DNA of 39,699 nt from Dimargaris cristalligena (lineage: Eukaryota). The stretch spans positions 1-39,699 of the forward strand of contig ML002347.1 of the NCBI GenBank assembly GCA_003614675.1, written 5' to 3'. Below, piece by piece: positions 35,033 to 39,699 of the stretch (positions are counted from its first letter, which is position 1; every line of letters begins with the position of its first letter). The translations under genes and the position numbers were made by a program. The notes beneath the pieces are model-generated. The model ran no database searches. It was not told the DNA's origin and was given only the letters and a program-made list of their open reading frames with translations.

Positions 35033-35111
35033 GTGGATGTATGCTATTAGCAGCAGCATATAGCATACATCCCCAAATAGCAGCAGCATATAGCATACAT
35101 CCACAAATAGC
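35033..35111. repeat. 30-bp tandem duplication preceded by an inverted copy of part of the unit
   Basis: TAGCAGCAGCATATAGCATACATCC[C/A]CAAA at 35048-35077 and 35078-35107. GTGGATGTATGCTAT at 35033-35047 is the reverse complement of 35090-35104. Confidence 0.9.
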
Positions 35112-35862
35112 GAAAGTGAGAGGGGGGAGGAGTCTTAACCCTCTTGCCCTGCCTGCGCTTAGGCTGGGGGGGGGGACTATTTGAGATTGGCACGCCCTTC
35201 ACTCAGGCAAAACTGCTTTCCCTTTCCTTCTTGCGGTTTTTTGTAATAAAAAAATCCCCCACCAAGCCTCGAGCCCGCGCGCGACCTTTGTTGCTTTGTT
35301 CTACCCAAGTCGGGCCTACCACCTCACTTCACTTTACTTTCTTCGCTTCGCATCTGCTAATTGTTATTTTATTCTCCGGTTTGAAAACATCCTCATTTAT
35401 TATTCTTATTATATTTGCTATTGGCTTTTTAAATAATCCTATCACTATCACTATTACTCATACTATAACGGTTACTCTTGCTATCGCTATCCCCTCCGAC
35501 CGACTTAACGCCTCGTAACCCTCCTTCCTTACCAGCTTAACACGGTCTTGTCTTATCTAGTCTAGCCTTGCCTTGTGCGGTGTGGTGTTGACTACCGCAC
35601 CTTCTATCTCCTATTACAGCCCAGGCCCCTACCGCTGCCCTTACTGACCAGCGTCGGCCCCTGTCTGTGTTTGCGTTTGGGCCTTTCGGACCAGCCGAGC
35701 GCCTATTGAGTTAACCTGTTACTAGGTTCCCCACCGACCGGTTAAGCATCCCGACTCCGAACGTCGCTTTATTCGAGGCCGCGGGTCCTAACCCTACCCC
35801 TCTCCTTCATTGCGAGCCAGCCAACCTAGCCCCTTTCTTTTTGCGAGTCCTGTTTCTGCACA

Positions 35863-38125
35863 ATGTCATCAGGTAAGTAATCCCTACATATACATTTATT
35901 ATTTTTTTTACAAATATACCACTGCACCGGACCTTGTCGTGCTGTGCCCTGGTCTGGTATAGTCTGGGCCTCCTAGTTCCATCTGTCCTCTCGCCGGACC
36001 CTGCATCGTTCTACCGGTTTTATTTTACCATCTCCGTTTTCCCTTTTTCATCTCGGAAGTTCCCGCCTGGTGGCAGGTTGCTGAACTGGCTGTATGGGTG
36101 CTGAATAGGCGGCATGGTGATTTTTCCCTTCCTTGAATCGGACTTCTGCTTATCCCTCCTATCATGGCGAAAGCCGCGGAGGTTACGCCGGTGGTACCTC
36201 ACTTTTCATTGCGTTACCCTGTCGTTGGTTAATTGGGGTTGACCCAACGGCGGCCTCGTTCTTCCTAACTTTCTTCCCATTTTCACTTGCCATTTTAAAA
36301 ATAGACAATGAGGCCTTGTTATTTCCCTTAGCCACTCCAGGTCTAAACTGCCACATACGCAGCCCTGTTTTTTAAATACTCTTCTTTTCTCCCTTTCTTT
36401 CTCTCATCTCTGACCGTGGATGTGGCTGATTCCAGGTTGGTCAATAATTTACATTCCGATCCCTCTTTTGTATTACCTATATATTTTTATCCAGCGAGTG
36501 CCTCTCGCTTGAAACTATTGTTCGTTTTTCTCCAATCAAAACTATTCGCCAAAGCATCATCAGCCATGTAGTATATGATTGCTGTATTATTATGGCGACC
36601 GTCCTATTTTTAGAATCCCCCTTTTTCAGTTGACGGTTGAAAGTATATAATCTAAATCCACCTGTTGGTGTTGTTAACCAGCGACTACTGGAAACGGCCT
36701 GTGTTCATATCCTCCCCAGCGGTTGGTTGGAGGATGATCTCTCTCTCTCTCCCCTTCGCCTTCCTCACTAATAATATACACCACCCTCTCTTCTTGTGAT
36801 TGGCTATTAATTGTTCTCATCTAAAATTGGTTGTATACCTCCCCTCCCATACTGCTGCCACCTATTTTATTCCAGACTGTAATTCCCAATCAGTCCTAAT
36901 ATGCTCGCCAGGTGCGGACGATGTTTGGGAAACGGACCAGGAGGCCCAAATCCTCTGGAACCCACGGCACCCCGATGTAGCCACCCAGCAGTCCCTTAAC
37001 ATTTACATTATGGACCTGCAAAACCAAACTGCACCTGTCCACAGCTGGACTGATCTCCAGCTCAGTCAGAGCATGCTCACTGTAGTCCCCGACTTTAAAT
37101 GGTTTAGTGATTATAAAAAGCTGTATTCCGCCACCGCCCCTGTGCGGCGCCGCTTTAAGATTGTCCCGTCGCTCGGCGCCTTTAGTTCCGGGGATTCCGT
37201 GTCTACCCGATACTCGGTTGCCATCAATGTCCAGGCCGATGTTATTCCCGCCGATCCCGAGGCCACCTCAACAACTTCCACCAGTGAGAGTACCACCACC
37301 CCTAGCGTATCCATTCTCACCGTGACCGGGGCCCAGGCCACGCAAACCGTTTCCGCCAGTCCAGACGAATATCCCGACGGCCGGTCAGGCCTCTCGGGGG
37401 CCGCCATTGCGGGTATTGCTGTCGGTTCGGCCATCTTGGTCCTGGCCCTTCTACTACTGGCCTTTTTCTGGTACCGGCGTCGCAACCAACGTTATCGAGG
37501 GCAGCTTTTAGCCGATGAAGACAGTAAGTCGTCAACTTTCCCTCGGTCATCACAAAATAAGGAGGATTCGGGTCTCTTTGCCGCTACGGGGACGCGAAGC
37601 AACCCCACCTCGCCCATTGCCCTGCCCGGTGCGGCCGCCAGCTTTGGCCGACGCAGCGTAGCGGTCGACGACATTGCCTTTACGGATATGGGGCTGGATC
37701 GACCCCACCCAGCCTTCGGATTTGGTGAGAAACCGTCGATGGATAGTGTGAATTTGTCGTCGATTGGTGGCGATTCGCTTACGGCCCTCGCTAGTGGCGG
37801 GGTCAAACCTGGTGTCCATTCGTTTTCACCCGTTAATGCCGCCATGATTGCTGATGTGATGCGCCAAAAGCTCCGGGAACCAGCGGTGGATATTTTACCA
37901 GACGACCGACTTTTACTTTCGGATGAAAACCTCCCCGGCAGTGACGAAGGCAACCACCAAGCGGAAGTGGCCCGGCGCCGGGAAATTGCGGACGAACGGA
38001 TGCGCCGTGAGCTGGCGGAGTCGGGGAGTGAACTCAAGTCAATATCGCGGGGCAAGACGATTATTCGCCATGTCCCACCGTCGGAAACCGACCTCAGTTC
38101 ATCGCTACCCGACGACAAGCTATAG
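35863..38125 (+). CDS. Single-pass membrane protein, Mid2/Skg6-like: globular N-terminal domain, Ser/Thr stalk, one TM, long cytoplasmic tail
   Basis: Main exon 36876-38125 after acceptor TTCCAG. A candidate micro-exon ATG TCA TCA G|GTAAGT (35863-35872) joins in phase (MSSDCNSQ...). TM GLSGAAIAGIAVGSAILVLALLLLAFFWYRRR. The 5' end is uncertain. Confidence 0.75.
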
Positions 38126-39699
38126 TAGTTTGGGATTGTGGACTTTATGGTATTTTCCCTCAATCTATATTTTTTTGAGGGGTAGTCTTGCCAACTGCCA
38201 GCAACACTGACTCGCTTTGTCTTGATCTCTCTTTTTTTTTCTCCCCACTGTGACCGTGCCCCATCGTCGGTCCATGTATTTGGCTCTTGTAATATGTAAA
38301 CCTCTTCCACACTTCCACCTACGCTTATTCGTCCGTGATTATCCTATTATTACTCATCCGTGAACTCTCTCCTCCCTATCTTTTTATTACTAATTATCTG
38401 TCGCAATTCCCCCCCTAACCCTGACCTCTCATTTGCCTTTTAATCATTTTAGCATAGTTTGTGATAAATGTTTATTTACTCTAACCGTTAATTCAATTCA
38501 ATTACATTCATTTCATTTTTTTGGTTAATTAGTTGTTGAAACTCAGTTTGTTACGTACTTTTGGTTGAACTTTCTCCAATCTCTCAGACGTACCCTTCTC
38601 TCACTTTATCTATTTTTCTCTTTCTGACTGCTGTGCTTTCCATGGGTAAGAAGGATGGTTGTAGTTATTAGTAATGCCTCATTTTTGTTTATGATACCCC
38701 CGTTTTATACAGTGGTTATCAGGGTAGACACCCCTATTTGGACATAAACCCATTCCTTGTATGTCATAAATGAGTCCAAAGTAGGCTCCGTCTTTTAATT
38801 AGCTGAGGGGGAGGGGACCATCCAACCCATTTTGGTGAAATGGAATAGACGCACCCCCCCCAGATTTCCATACATTGGTTCATTTAGTTTTAATCGGATC
38901 GGCCTTGTTGTTTCTTCCACCTTGTCTTCCCTTTGGGGGAGATATTCTCCAAACCTATCCCAAGCGGAATTATCCTTCAAAGTGATTGACGCCATCTAGC
39001 AACCCAAAATCAGCCGCCTGGACTGGTGGGGCTATATAGATTATATGAAAGTAAATGAGAGCAACACTTGGGTGCAAACCAACCAACCTATGTATATTTC
39101 AATGAACCTGAACCAGCTACGGTTACGACTACTGTTACGACTGGAAAAATGGGAGGAATATTTTAGATATGGACGGACATGTTGAATGAAAGTGGCTAAA
39201 GATATGAATTTATTGGGGAATGTGAAGGGTGGGACGGAGAAACCGGGAGGGAGTGTGAGAGCGGGGTTTCCCCAGTAGTTGTGACAATGGGTGAATGAAG
39301 AATGAGGGAAGGCCGTGATGCAAAGAGAAATCAAAGGGAAACTGGGAGGATGGCGCATAGTATGCAAGCGCAGCCATATATGAAAGAGAGAGAGAGAGAG
39401 GAGAGGAGAGGGTATGGGAATAGTGTTGTGAGTGGGATGGGAAATTGGAAGATAATCCCTTCCAAAACGGGGACAACGTGACCCTCTAACCCTAACTAGC
39501 AGTAGAAGGACTAATCAAGAAGGGAGTGAATGGTATATAATGATAGATGCGTGTTAAAAGAACAAGATTGCGGATGAGTTCGGGAAGGGTTGTTGTGTAT
39601 TTACCAAGGTGGAAAATGGTCGGTGAGTGCAGTTAGTCTACATTGGCAATGCATACGACAGTCAGTCTGGGATGATAGAATGGGTATTGGCAAGGTTGA

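Noticed and set aside
37492-38310. 272-aa antisense ORF
   Set aside because: Mirror of the membrane protein CDS; no independent evidence.
38795-38995. 66-aa minus-strand ORF after a possible AG acceptor
   Set aside because: No recognisable motif or codon bias; more likely UTR or intergenic DNA.
39486-39496. CTAACCCTAAC, identical to the TTAGGG-type telomerase RNA template
   Set aside because: Single 11-mer. No U-rich/A-rich pseudoknot tracts in the remaining ~200 nt, and CTAAC words are common here. The window ends, so it cannot be fully excluded.

Overview
Eukaryotic (fungal) genomic DNA with short GT-AG introns. An early-diverging lineage such as Zoopagomycota is a guess from gene content and style, not something the sequence proves. 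Positions 1-~3400 are AT-rich and gene-free; the first ~1.1 kb is strongly CpG-depleted and is probably a decayed transposon. I can support 13 protein-coding genes: an uncharacterised Pro/Ser-rich two-TM protein (-), an Fcf2 pre-rRNA processing factor (+), a mitochondrial carnitine/acylcarnitine carrier (+, 2 exons), a Mit_KHE1/YDL183C-like protein (-, 2 exons), RIB3 (+, 3 exons), SEC2 (-), QCR7 (+, 2 exons), a zeta-crystallin-type quinone oxidoreductase (-, 2 exons), a BCH/CRAL-TRIO + RhoGAP protein (+, 7 exons), three tandem trypsin-family (S1A) genes (+), and a Mid2/Skg6-like single-pass membrane protein (+). The most interesting locus is the trypsin triplet. It pairs a soluble active protease with an atypical His|Ile activation site, a predicted GPI-anchored pseudo-protease (His57->Gln, Asp102->Asn) and a predicted GPI-anchored active protease, which may form a cell-surface protease cascade. 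Non-coding signals: a 145-bp dispersed repeat (2 copies, 85% identical), a ~290-nt foldable region inside a long RhoGAP intron, a TATGCGCATA palindrome found 3 times, and a one-arm/two-partner inverted/tandem repeat. All family calls come from motifs recognised by eye; no searches were run.
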